Source: Octopus sinensis (taxonomy: Eukaryota). From it: a stretch of DNA of 64,000 nucleotides. Positions 1 through 12,900 of the stretch are shown here, piece after piece. The first letter of the stretch is position 1. Each line of letters begins with the position of its first letter. The DNA lies in NCBI RefSeq assembly GCF_006345805.1, contig NC_043005.1:35092001-35156000 (forward strand). Direction: 5' to 3'. The translations under genes and the position numbers were made by a program. Below the pieces are notes generated by a model, which ran no database searches, had not been told where the DNA came from, and saw only the letters and a list, made by a program, of their open reading frames with translations.

Positions 1-510
1 AGTACATAACATATATTGTACCAACTGTATGTATTCTGAATAACAGATTACAATAACTGAATATACTAAAAAAATTATAAGCTCTGAGTTTTGTAGATTT
101 TTAAAAACACAACAACTTTTAAATGTAGCTGAAATTGAAAAATATAACCAGCAATATGTTCCTTGCTGCTGGTTTTATCAGCTGCAACAAGGATTCTGTC
201 AGAAGAACAGACCAACACTAAGTGTCTATCACCATATGCAAGTACCAACTGAGTTGGTTGAGACATGTTATAAGACTTCTCACCAGCAGATGTGCCAACC
301 ATGTCCTTAAGTGGACCCCTCAGAGGCAACAGCACAGAGGATGTTCCAAGATGAAATGATCAACAGAGACCATCAGCCAGTAAATCTACTGTGGAATAAT
401 GCACTTAGGGTAGCTGCCTTATGCACTATCAAATGCAGGAGCACCTAAGTGTAAGTAATACAATATACACTCAATAAATCTGACATTTCAACAGAAAAGA
501 AAATTCTTAC

Positions 511-795
511 CTTAGCAATCTGTGTACACCAATTGAGTAGAACTTGGGATCCTATAGCTTTCTGATTTTTGCGGATATAATCGAGCAGACATCCGAGTGG
601 CATGAGGGGTGTAATCAACATCATCTGAGCAGTCATACACACAGCTAATATCCTGATACAACATTGTTGATCAACTGAGCACATTACTCGAGCTTCCTCT
701 AACAATTCCTTATTCTGGCTTGGTGATGTTCCTTCTTGGAGAACTTTTATTGCAACAGGAATCTTCACATTTTCTCCATCAGGAATCCAAAATCC
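511..795 (-). CDS. EGFR: EGFR exon, kinase N-lobe and hinge ([19 protein letters not shown]...[17 protein letters not shown]...[10 protein letters not shown]), 285 bp
   Basis: VAIK Lys, alphaC Glu, hinge; taaag acceptor, gtaag donor. Confidence 0.96.
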
Positions 796-2349
796 CTTTA
801 TGAAACCAGAAATATTAAAACAGGTAAGTCGCCAAGTAAATATATAAAAGGAACAAAATAGCACCAAATGCTAAATGCCAAAAACGAGAAATATTGAATA
901 TTTTATTTTCTGGCGGACAAAAAACAAAACAAAACAAAAACCAAAAAAAAACTAAGAAACTAAACACCAACTTATGATTTAAAACTGATACTCGAATCAA
1001 CAATTTTTAAAAGGCTACATCAACTACTGCTAAGTCAAAGGTGTAACAACAGATGAGGGTGGAAGCCTCCCTGACAGGGGCATATATGAATGGGCACAAA
1101 ATTTCTTCTTGTTTATTAAGCCTGTCCCCTAAATTGGAGGTGTTAAAGATTCTCTTTACCTGCAGGTATTGAGAACCCTTGCTATAACACTGAAATAATT
1201 TGTCATTAGATCCATATTCTACCCACTTTGTTGTACGTGATGTGAAATACCCACATCAAGACAAGTGACCTTGTAATTTTATTTTTTCTGAAGATCTTTA
1301 GTTTTATCAACTGATACACAAACCCCTTTGACTGTTATCTATTTCTTAAAGTCTATGACAACACACACACACACACACATATATATATCTGTCTGTGTTT
1401 GGACTGTCTCTGCACAGGTGTCACCTGGACTCCCACTTTTACTGTGAACAAGATTTAATCTTCTCTCTTTATTCCTTTGTGCCATAAGGGCTCAACTCAC
1501 TACCTCCCTTCATCTGACACCAACCTCACAGATTCATATATACATCCCACATCCAACTGCCCTCCTCCACCTACATACCTGCATACTCCCTGCCTCAGTA
1601 CCCTCTCCACACCACTATACAAACATCCATACACACTGTTCAACTCATTACTCATCTCACACACCATTACACACATACCCACAAACACCTTCTCACTCCA
1701 CACACACCAGCACTGACCACTTCCCAGCACCCGTACCATTATCCACATACCCACACACAATCTTCAGTAATGTCACCATACATACCACTATACAAACAAC
1801 CACACACACACTGTTTAACTCAGTACACACACGACCATGCACACTCCCACACCTACACAAGCACATAGTACCTGAATGCAGGCAATATACACATGCACAC
1901 TATTTGGTCACAGACATATATACACATGTGCACACACCACCTGAATAAGCATACATCAACTGCTACACACAACACACACACACATACATTAGACTCATTT
2001 GACCCCATTCACACACACACGTTAGACTCATTTGCCACCATTCACACTCACACACACCAAAATCACATACGCACACACGCTTGTGCACTTTAGTTCATTG
2101 GGGGTCATCATTACTTTTATTGTTATTGTTATTATTATTATTATTATCATCTCCCTTTCATTCAACCTCTTTTCTCCAGTCATTTCACCATGGTGGACGT
2201 TGAATTCTGCACATTGTTTCTCTCTCTATTTTTTACCTCTTAATCCTTTCTGTTGAAGAGTGTAGGCATGAAACATAAAAGACTTTTCTATTTTTCCTGA
2301 GCGTTAAACTAATACACCTGCCTTCGTCTTTTGTTTTCTGTATATTGAA

Positions 2350-2403
<54 letters not shown>

Positions 2404-5400
2404 GTATATTTATATATATACCAAAGGTATAACAGAAAGAACACAACAACGGAAACTAAAAAAACACATGGAAAAATGAATGATAACATGACAAATGGCA
2501 GTGCTATCGTCCATTTTTCTGCATGCATGTATGTATGTATGTATGTATGTATGTATGTATGTATGTATGTGTGTGTGTGTGTGTGTGTGTGTATCTATGT
2601 ATGTATGAATGAATGATGTTATACATGTCATCTGACACAGTTTTTAATTTTCCATAACTCACCTTGTAGACAGTTCCAAATGCTCCAGATCCAATTATGC
2701 CACCTTTTCTAAGTTCAGATTCTTTAATTAATCGAAGTTGGGCCAAATCAGGTTTTATATCAGTTGGATTGAGAGGCTGAAATACCCAAGAAACAAAATT
2801 AAATGAGGAGGTGATCAACTATGAGATCTAACTATCTTAATTTTGTAACTGTTTATGGAAAATAATATGTAAGTTAATTAACAAATAGTGTATTTCAATT
2901 ACAATTGATTTCTTTCACTAAGAAGTAAATTAACAAAAAGTTCAGGTAAAACAAAATTTTTTGTTTTAGTCAGATAAATATTTCAAATAAATAAGATAAA
3001 CACTTTGTAGGTGATGTCAAGAGAGATTAAGATAACCTTAGACACATAACAAAATATAATAGCAGTAGTAAAAGGCACTTATGAGGTGGTTTAAAAAAAT
3101 TCCTGGACTAGTTCCATAGTTTGCCAACAGATGGCAGCACACAATTGTGTGCACAGTGAGAGCTAGTAGTGACCTTCATGAGGCAGGGTGCTGAGTGATA
3201 TCGCTTTGTTTACTTAGCATGTTGCGAAATTTGTGTTTTTGTGATCACGTGTATGCTGTAGTCTGTGATTTTGTCATGGACAGGAACAAAGAGCCAATGT
3301 GAAATTTTGTGTTAAACTTGGGAAGTCTGTTACAGAGACATTGAGCATGCTTAGGCAAGCTTATGGCAATGAGGCAATGGGTTGTACACAATGTTTGGCA
3401 CAGGCACTTCAAAAGTGGAAGAACATCCCTGGAAGATGATGAGTGATCTGGAAGACCTGCCACAAGCATCACCCCCAGAAATGTGGAGAAAATTCCTCAG
3501 CTTGTGCATGAGGTTTGTCAAAGGACAATGTTTTGAAGCATTTGAGGGAGGGCATTGAATGAAAGGGACCAGATCTGTGGAGCATGAAGAATTAGATTCT
3601 TCACCATGATAATACACTCCATCAGCGAGTTCTCCTCACTCATGAGTTTCTCGTCAAAAACAACAAGGTATCACTTGCACACCTGCCCTATTCACTAGAT
3701 TTAACACCTGCAGACTTCCATCTCTTCCTCAAGATAAAAATGCAGTTCAAAGGTTACCATTTTAACACTTGTTTGTTGAGATCTAGAGCAAATTGCAGAA
3801 CATCTTTGATTTGCTTATGGAAAACAACTTCCAGGCCAGATTCCAAAAGTGGCAGGAAAACTGGGATCGGTGTATTGCTGCACAAGGTGACTATTTCAAA
3901 GGAGATGATATTAAAACTTAAATAAATAAGTTATTTTTTTTTATTAAACATAACTAGTCCAGAAACTTTTTGATACCACCTTGTATTTCCATCAACATCT
4001 ATCCAAGAACATAGTATAGTTCTATAGCTGGGATTGAACCAATAAGTTACAGATTCATTGCAATGATGAATAAACTGAAGAACATGAATGTTAAATGAAA
4101 GACAATACTATCATCTAATGAAGGGTTGTGAGATTCTCTTTATCAAAGTTAATCAAGTAAGTTAATCCATAACTAAGATTATATCAAATTTTATAAACAA
4201 TCAAGATAATCCTTAACCAGGATTATATTTAACTTTATAAACACAAATTAAAAACACAAATAACGACTCAGCCAAATTTGGCACAAAAGTCCTTGCTTAA
4301 TTCTTAATTTACAACAGTTTAATGAAATATCAAAATGCCAACCTCGTTTTCATCATAACCCAGCATTGCAGCATTTAATTTGGTAACAGCTGCTATTTCT
4401 CGCCTTCGTTTGCAGGAGAAATAGATTGCAACACCAGTAGAGAGAATGATCATAAGCACTCCAAATACGGCACCAATGATGGTATAACTGATTTTCTTCT
4501 GTTTTTCTCTGTAGATTAAAAAAATATGACATTTTAAATACATGCAAATATACATACAAGGGGGGTGTGTGTGTGCTGGAGAGTTCCTAACCTTAAGGTT
4601 ATCATGAAAGACCCGGTTGGAAGCTTAATATTTTGAGTTCTTTTACAGGTCTTAGAAAAACTGAAGGCCCACTGCAATAAGTGTGTGATTCTGAGACAGT
4701 AATATGTTGAATAAAATCATAATCACTGATCCTTCTGAATTTTCTTTTACCTAAAGCCAGGAACTTTTCAGCACCTCACCCCACCCTTGATACATCATCA
4801 TTATCGACATTGTTTAATGCCAACTTTTCCATGCATGCATAGGCCAAATGGAATTTGTTGAGGCAGATGCTAGTACGGCTCAATGTCCTTCCTATTGCAA
4901 TTCACTTGAACTAAATACGTCTTGCTAAGTTGTATGATGACCTCATGTCACTTGTTGCACAGTGCCTTGAAAACATAACTCAGTGGACACTATAATATGT
5001 GGTTGGCATTAGGATAGGTATGGTTTCATGCCAAAGCAGACATTGGAAGAATTCCTCAGTGTTTGTTAGGTATATAAAAAATGACAGAGATGTATCAAGT
5101 CATCCCATAAGTTCTGTCCAAATTTTGAATAAAGAAAACAAATGATTAAATGTTACATTTAATTGAAATTTAATCATCAATGTACTTTCCCTGATTATCT
5201 GTCACTTCCTTCCATCTATTTACAAGCTTTTTAATCTCATCAATGTAAATCTCTTTTGGTTTCAAAGCGAAGAACTCCTCCTGGCTTGCGAAAGTTATGT
5301 CCCCCAAATGATTCTGTAAACTATGAAACAAATGGCCGTCTGAAGGAGCAAGGTTGGAAGGATATGGCGAATGAGGAGTTTTTTCCCAACCAAGCTCTTC

Positions 5401-6099
5401 GATCATCTGTGATGTGATCTTTGCAGTGTGGGGTCGTGCATTGTCCTGATAAAACATCACTCCTTTTCGATTCATTAAAGTAGGTTTTTTTTTCTTCAAA
5501 GCTTGGTTCAAATGCTCTAATTGCTGACATTAGACTTGAGCATTGATTGTTGCATTAGGTGGTAACAATTCAAAGTGAATTACTCCTTTGCAATCCCACC
5601 AGATAGAGAGAAGAATCTTTTTCCCATGAAGTTCCCTTCTCGGTTGTGGTTGAACTTTTTCCCTTTTACCAAGCCGCTGTTTATGACATTTAAAATTTCA
5701 ATAGAAGATCCATTTTTCGTCACCAGTCACAAGTTTATCAGTTTGCAGTTGCTTTCAGACAATTCATGAGGCGCCCATTTTCATGAAGAAAATTTCTCAC
5801 TGTAGACAAACTGTTTAAATACACCTAGGTGAAGTACAGTGAGGAATTCAGAGTACAAGTAGGGGTTCACCAAGGATTGGTCCAAAGCCTCCTCCTATTC
5901 ATCTGCCCCTGGGAGCTCCTCTATGTTGATGACCTTGTTCTTATAGCTAAATCACTACCAGAACTAGAGAAGAAGTTTCAGGTATGGAAGCAAGGTCTAG
6001 AATCGAAGGGTCTTAAAGCCATTCTTGCAAAAATTTATTTTGCATTGTTCCGGCCTAACCCATAAATTTTTATATAATATATTCCACACAATGCTTCAT

Positions 6100-6147
<48 letters not shown>

Positions 6148-9100
6148 AGAACCTTACAGTAGTCTGGAACAACTGAATCTTAGTCAGTCAGTTGATGGGC
6201 TCTACTACTTCAAATGTTCTTAAAATTTAAATCCACAACTTTGTCTATGTATCTACCCTCTCTATAATGTTGCTACTTGATATGAAAATTTTTGTATTAA
6301 TGGAAAACCTCTATAATTGGCTGATGAGTGCTCAGCATTTTAAAACTGTTGTAATACTTACAACATTTAATAAAATGATGTAGTACGAAACGATTGTACC
6401 AAATTACCGGAGTCATTTTTGTTGCTTATTTTGAGTATATATATATATATTATATATATATATATATCTCAGAACCTTACAGTAGTCTGGAACAACTGAA
6501 TCTTAGTCAGTCAGTTGATGGGCTCTACTACTTCAAATGTTCTTAAAATTTAAATCCACAACTTTGTCTATGTATCTACCCTCTCTATAATGTTGCTACT
6601 TGATATGAAAATTTTTGTATTAATGGAAAACCTCTATAATTGGCTGATGAGTGCTCAGCATTTTAAAACTGTTGTAATACTTACAACATTTAATAAAATG
6701 ATGTAGTACGAAACGATTGTACCAAATTACCGGAGTCATTTTTGTTGCTTATTTTGAGTATATATATATATATATATATATATACCTACACTCACACATG
6801 CACACAAGCACATTAAGAACATATATATAATAAAGTCACATACTGTATTTTTGCAAGTATCACAGGATGGCTGTCATCAACACAGACAGTACGACCTCTC
6901 AGCTCTTCATCTTGTATTGAATATGGCTTAAATGATGGACAGACTGCCGTACAGTTAAACTACATTAAATAGAAAAGAAAATATTTTCTCAATTGCATTT
7001 AAAAAAAATTTTATCTGGTAAAACTACAACAAAAACAAAACTATAAAACATTTGATAGAAAATAGTACAAATGTTGCCTTGTTTTTTTTCTTCTTTAATT
7101 TTAGGTAAAATGATTTTAAAGTTGGATAACATTTCTAGTAAAGCATTTAACAGAAATCCTTATAGTAAAGAAACTGAATAAAATTGAATCACACAAAGGC
7201 GAAATCTATAATTTTCCTTGATATCCTGTTTGAGAAATAATTCTTGTAGATTTAGAAGATGACTCAGTAGATATATTCTTTTTCAAATGTCTGCAACAGC
7301 ATTTCAAATGCTACACCAGGAATCTCCTCTATTAACTTCAGTAAGATCCTAAATTTCATGTTGTCTGTTTCTGTCAATAACATCAATGTACTTGTGAGAT
7401 CTTCATTAGGGCGCAGAAGTCTTCAGGCTTACTCCATGAATTTTATGGGAACTTGCTTTCCGAATAGTAACCACTTTATAGTATGTCCTTTTTTTTTCAT
7501 GTAACCAGCACTAGTGAGGTTGCTGTGCAGCTTGCAAGACTACAAACCTCAAGAGCAGTGGTTTTAAGCTACAAGATCAGGGATTAAAGTATGAGAAAAT
7601 GGTTGAGGGCAGAAACAGGTTACATCTATGTAACTTAGCAGTGGCTTGGGCTGGGAAGTTTTGTTTTGTGTGTTTTGTGTTTTTTTTGTTTGGGGAGGGA
7701 AATCAGGGACTTGTGTCTTCTTAGGTTTATGAGTCACCATTGTAAACCCCATCTCCTTGGTAGTTTGGTTCTTTTCTTCCATTGTTCTCTCATCCTTTCC
7801 TTCTGCTGCACTTTCTGGTCTGTCTGCTGATGTTTCCTTCGCAGCTTTTTTCTTTGTGGTACACTTGGTGCGGACATTTGGGCATTAGACTTGCCCAAAT
7901 ACATCAATTTATTGATGCATTTGGGCAAGTCTATGTATGTATTATCAGACAATTGCCAAAAAAAAAAATGTTTCAATAAATTCAAAACTCTGCAAAAATC
8001 TGGTACAAATTCTTATTGGTTCAAAACATTGCTTACTTTTTACTCAAGCTGATCATCATCATCATCATCATCATCATTTAACGTCCGCTTTCCATGCTAG
8101 CATGGGTTGGACGGTTCAACTGGGGTCTGGGGAGCCCGAAAGCTGCACCAGTCCAGTCAGATCTGGCAGTGTTTCTACAGCTGGATGCCCTTCCTAACGC
8201 CAACCACTCCGAGAGTGTAGTGGGTGATTTTATGTGCCACCGACACAGGTGCCAGACGAGGCTGGCAAACGGCCACGCTCGGATGGTGTTTTTTATGTGC
8301 CACCGACACAGGTGCCAGACGAGGCTGGCAGACGGCCACGCTCGGATGGTGTTTTTATGTGCCACCGACACAGGTGCCAGATGAGGCTGGCAAACGGCCA
8401 CGATCGGATGGTGTTGTTACGTGCCCACAGCACGGAGGCCAGTCGATGCGGTACTGGCTACGGCCACGTTCGGATGGTTTTCTTATGTGCCACGTGCCAC
8501 CGGCACTGGTACCACAAAGATACAAATTCCATTGATGTTCATCTATTTTGATTTGTTTTGATTTTCACTTGCTCAACAGGTCTTCACAAGTGTCACAAGA
8601 AGGAAGGTATGCACAGGTGGACTGACTACGTCCAGGTAGGGGCCACAGGTTATGGCCTGACTAGTTTGCCGGGTTTCGGATGGTGTTTTTATGTGCCACC
8701 GACACAGGTGCCAGATGAGGCTGGCGAACGGCCACGATCGGATGGTGTTTGTTACGTGCCCACAGCACGGAGGCCAGTCGGTGCGGTACTGGCTATGGCC
8801 ACGTTCGGATGGTTTCTTGTGTGCCACCGGCACTGGTACCACAAAGATACATTCCATTAATGTTCATCTATTTTGATTTGATTTGATTTGATTTTTTGTT
8901 TTGATTTCATTTTGATTTTCACTTGCCTCAACAGGCCTTCACAAGTATCACAAGGAGGAAGGTATGCACAGGTGGACTGACTACGTCCCAGGTAGGGGCC
9001 ACGGGTTATGGCCTGACTAGTCTTGCCGGGTCTTCGGATGGTGTTTTTATGTGCCACGGACACAGGTGCTAGATGAGGCCGGCGAACGGCCACGATCGGA

Positions 9101-9906
9101 TGGTGTTTGTTATGTGCCCACAGCACGATGGCCAGTCGATGCGGTACTGACTACGGCCACGTTCGGATGGATTTCTTGTGTGCCACAGGCACTGGTACCA
9201 CAAAGATACAAATTCCATTGATGTTCATCTATTTTGATTTGATTTGATTTTCACTTGCCTCAACAGGTCTTCACAAGTGTCACAAGAAGGAAGGTATGCA
9301 CAGGTGGACTGACTAGTCTTGCCGGGTCTTCGGAAGGTGTTTTTATGTGCCACCGACACAGGTGCCAGATGAGGCTGGCGAACGGCCATGATCGGATGGT
9401 GTTTGTTACGTGCCCACAGCACGGAGGCCGGTCGATGCGGAACTGGCTACGGCCACGTTCGGATGGTTCTCTTGTGTGCCACCGGCACTGGTACCACAAA
9501 GTGTGTGCCACCAGGTACACAAAGTACAGATTCCATTGATGTTCATCTATTTTGATTTGTTTTGATTTGATTTTCACTTGCCTCAACAGGTCTTCACAAG
9601 TGTCACAAGAAGGAAGGTATGCACAGGTGGACTGACTACATCCCAGGTAGGGTCCATGGGTTATGGCCTGACTAGTCTTGCCGGGTCTTCGGATGGTGTT
9701 TTTATGTGCCACCGACACAGGTGCTAAATGAGGCTGGCGAACGGCCACGATCGGATGGTGTTTGTCATGTGCCCACAGCACGGAGGCCAGTCGATGCGGT
9801 ACTGGCTACGGCCACTTTCAGATGGTTTTCTCTTGTGTGCCACTGGCACTGGTACCACAAAGATACAAATTCCATTGATGTTCATCTATTTTGATTTGTT
9901 TTGATT

Positions 9907-9953
<47 letters not shown>

Positions 9954-12900
9954 ATACATACACACACACCCAAAACCATGCTTATAGCTTAGTGAAATTT
10001 AGGATGTCTTGGTTTTTTGTGAGTTGATATGATATAAATTTTCCTGGCTGGTTTGCACGTTGTAGCAACACCATTGTTATATTTTCATTATTCTGTTTAA
10101 CGTCCTTTCTTTTTTATTTCACATTCTTCTGTTTTTGGGTGAACTATGCTAATAGCTTTTGAATGAAAATAGTCCACCTAGACATTATATTTTCAGAAAA
10201 TGAAAGGTAATGATACATTTTAAACATACATTGAGTATATATTTAACAGAAAACCATAATAATATTATAACATTTATTGACATAATGAATTATTTAGCCA
10301 CACAAAAGCCATTTCAACGGATAACTTCAAAAACCTTGTTAGTCATGGAATCTGTCAATGTCTTAATAATAGACTGTCTCTGCTGCAGCTTTGATGGTCT
10401 CCCATAAGACATCTATTGATGTAAATTGGTGTCCAATGTCATAAACATCTTGTTTAATGATGTACAAAAGACTTTTGATAGGGTTGAGATCCAGACATGC
10501 TAGTGGCCACACCATCAACCTTTCACCTTGTATGCTTTAAGACCCTAGGAATGTTTGGGTGGTCCTAGCAGAGTGGGAGGAAGCATTGTCATGTATGAAT
10601 ATAAGATTCCTTAGAAGTGCCAGCAGTATGTCATCCAAGACCTCCTTCAGGAGATTGCAATAGGTGGCTGTGGTCACTTTAACCTCTTCAGGTAGCCTGA
10701 CTGGGCCAACAAGTCCCTCCCTAATGATATCAGCCCACAAAATGACTCCACTCTGTTGTTAATGTAAACTTTGGTGACGCTCATCTCTAAAAGAGACCCA
10801 ACTGTTTTCCCAACCATCAGGTTCATCAAGTGTCACCCTGGTTTTGTCAGTGAGCAGAACACAACTCAAGCCTATGTATCATTACCCTTCATTTTCTGAA
10901 AATAAAAATGTATAGGTGGGCTATTTTTATGCAAAAAGCTATTAGCATGGTTTACTATAAAACAGAAGAATCTGAAATAAAAAAGTAAGGATGTTACATA
11001 GAATAATGAAAGCATAACAATGGTGTTGCCATTGTGTGCAAAATAGCTGGGAGAAGTTTTATCAAAATTGATTCACAGAAAACCAAGGAATCCTAAATTT
11101 CACTCTGAAGATATTAGCATGGTTTTGTGTGTGTGTGTGTGTGTGTATCCATTTAATGGACTTTTTTCAGTTTCTGTCTTCCAAATCCACTCACAAGTCT
11201 TTGGCCAGGAACTGAACCCAGAACCATGTGTTTGGGAAGCAAACTTCTTACCACATCCTGATCTCCCATATGACAGGTGGGGATGCTTACCATTGTGCTA
11301 TGGATATGACAACATATCTAAAATCCATTATTTGGTTATCATGTGAAAAAGTGAAAAGTGATTGTTACAATTTTCAGTTGTATCTTAACTGAAGTAATTC
11401 TTATGTAATACTTACCATAGTTTGGTTGTTGTTTAAATAAATCTTTAAATTGCGACAGGCAGCACAGTCAGATGATGTAGGACCATGACAGCCATTCAAA
11501 CACTCGTTGTGGCATTCAATACATTTCATCTGTTCTCTATCACTAAAATAGTTGCTTGAACATTTGCTTGTGCAGTATGGCTGCATTTCAAAGTTGCGAC
11601 ATTTTTTGCAGGAATAATTCCCTTCACCAAAACACGTTTCACATTCTTTATGACAAGGAACACATAACTGCAAACAAAAAGAAATTTTTTAAAGTTTTGC
11701 AAGAATGAAAGAATGTTGCATCTTAATTAAAAAGTTAAGAGAATTCAAAAAGCAGAAATTGTTTTATAGAAGTTTCAAAAGAATCAATTATATCAAGATT
11801 ATTCTTTCATCTGTTCATTTTAAATTTGTTTTTCCATGCTAGCATAGGTTAGATGACTATGTATTATTTAAGCAGAATTTTACAGCTAGATTCTCTTTGT
11901 GTTGCTAACCATTATCTTTGTTTTGAAAGCAAGGAATCTCCTATTCCATCATTAGGATGGTATAGACTGCAGCTATAATGTTGGCTGCTGATTGCCTGCA
12001 GGGAAATGCAGCAATTGTGCATCTATTCTTGAAACATTTATAAGAGTATCTGCTCACCATCTTCCTTAATTCCTCTTTCTTTTCATCTAGCTTTGGTTAT
12101 TACTTTTAAAGACCAGCTTTACCTAAGACCAATAATTCAAACCTACCATATAACTGTTCTGGGAGAATACTAGCCTATATAATCATTATGAACCTTTTTC
12201 AATTGATTTTTTATCGACCTCTTGTGATAACAATTCAACTTGACGTTTAAATATATAAATGTCATAATCTGATCTGAAACCAGCTGTTTGCCTGTTTATA
12301 ATTTTATTCTTATTATACATGTACCTGCTTTATTGAAACACTGCCTATAGTTAATTGTTATTAGGCAGCAATAACATTCCTGCTTTTTTAGTTGTGCTTC
12401 AAGAAGTTGAAGTTTAGGCAGCAAGTCAACTTGAGCACTAATTGTATGTACCTATTACCTTGCATCATCAAACATAATATTACCTGAATTATATACATAT
12501 GTACACACACACACATACATACAGGGAGAATACACAAGGAGTTTTCATCAGTTGACATGATGTAATAGGTAAGTACTATGAGTGCTCAGTTCAGTTTACC
12601 ACTAAATACTCTGGCTTGAACTACAACTGAAAAATGTGCTGAAATGTGCGGATATAGATTAAAATAGAAAATGAATAAGCAAAACCTTTGGCATCATTCT
12701 AAAAGCATTTAATTTAAACAGAGAATATAAACATAGGGCAGAGTAGTTATGAGAAATAGATAAAGTCTCTTACAGCTGTTTCTAGAATGGTTAAAGGATG
12801 AAGTTCCTTAGTAGTTCCATAGGTGAAGATTCGAGGATAATCCATGGCAAAGAATAATAAATGTTACTAGTTCCATTTTTGAATGGAACCTATAACTTTA

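Larger units (their letters stand above)
6145..6790 (+). repeat. Tandem duplication of a 323-bp hammerhead-containing unit, flanked and separated by (TA)n
   Basis: CTCAGAACCTTACAG...TTTTGAG starts at 6145 and again at 6468. Confidence 0.9.

Noticed and set aside
7937-8197. ORF with a poly-His tract
   Set aside because: The His run is the (CAT)n tail of a retroposon.
8224-8420. 61-bp GC-rich repeats resembling a CRISPR array
   Set aside because: Eukaryotic intron, no unique spacers, no cas genes; the repeats are internal to a tailed retroposon with a TSD.
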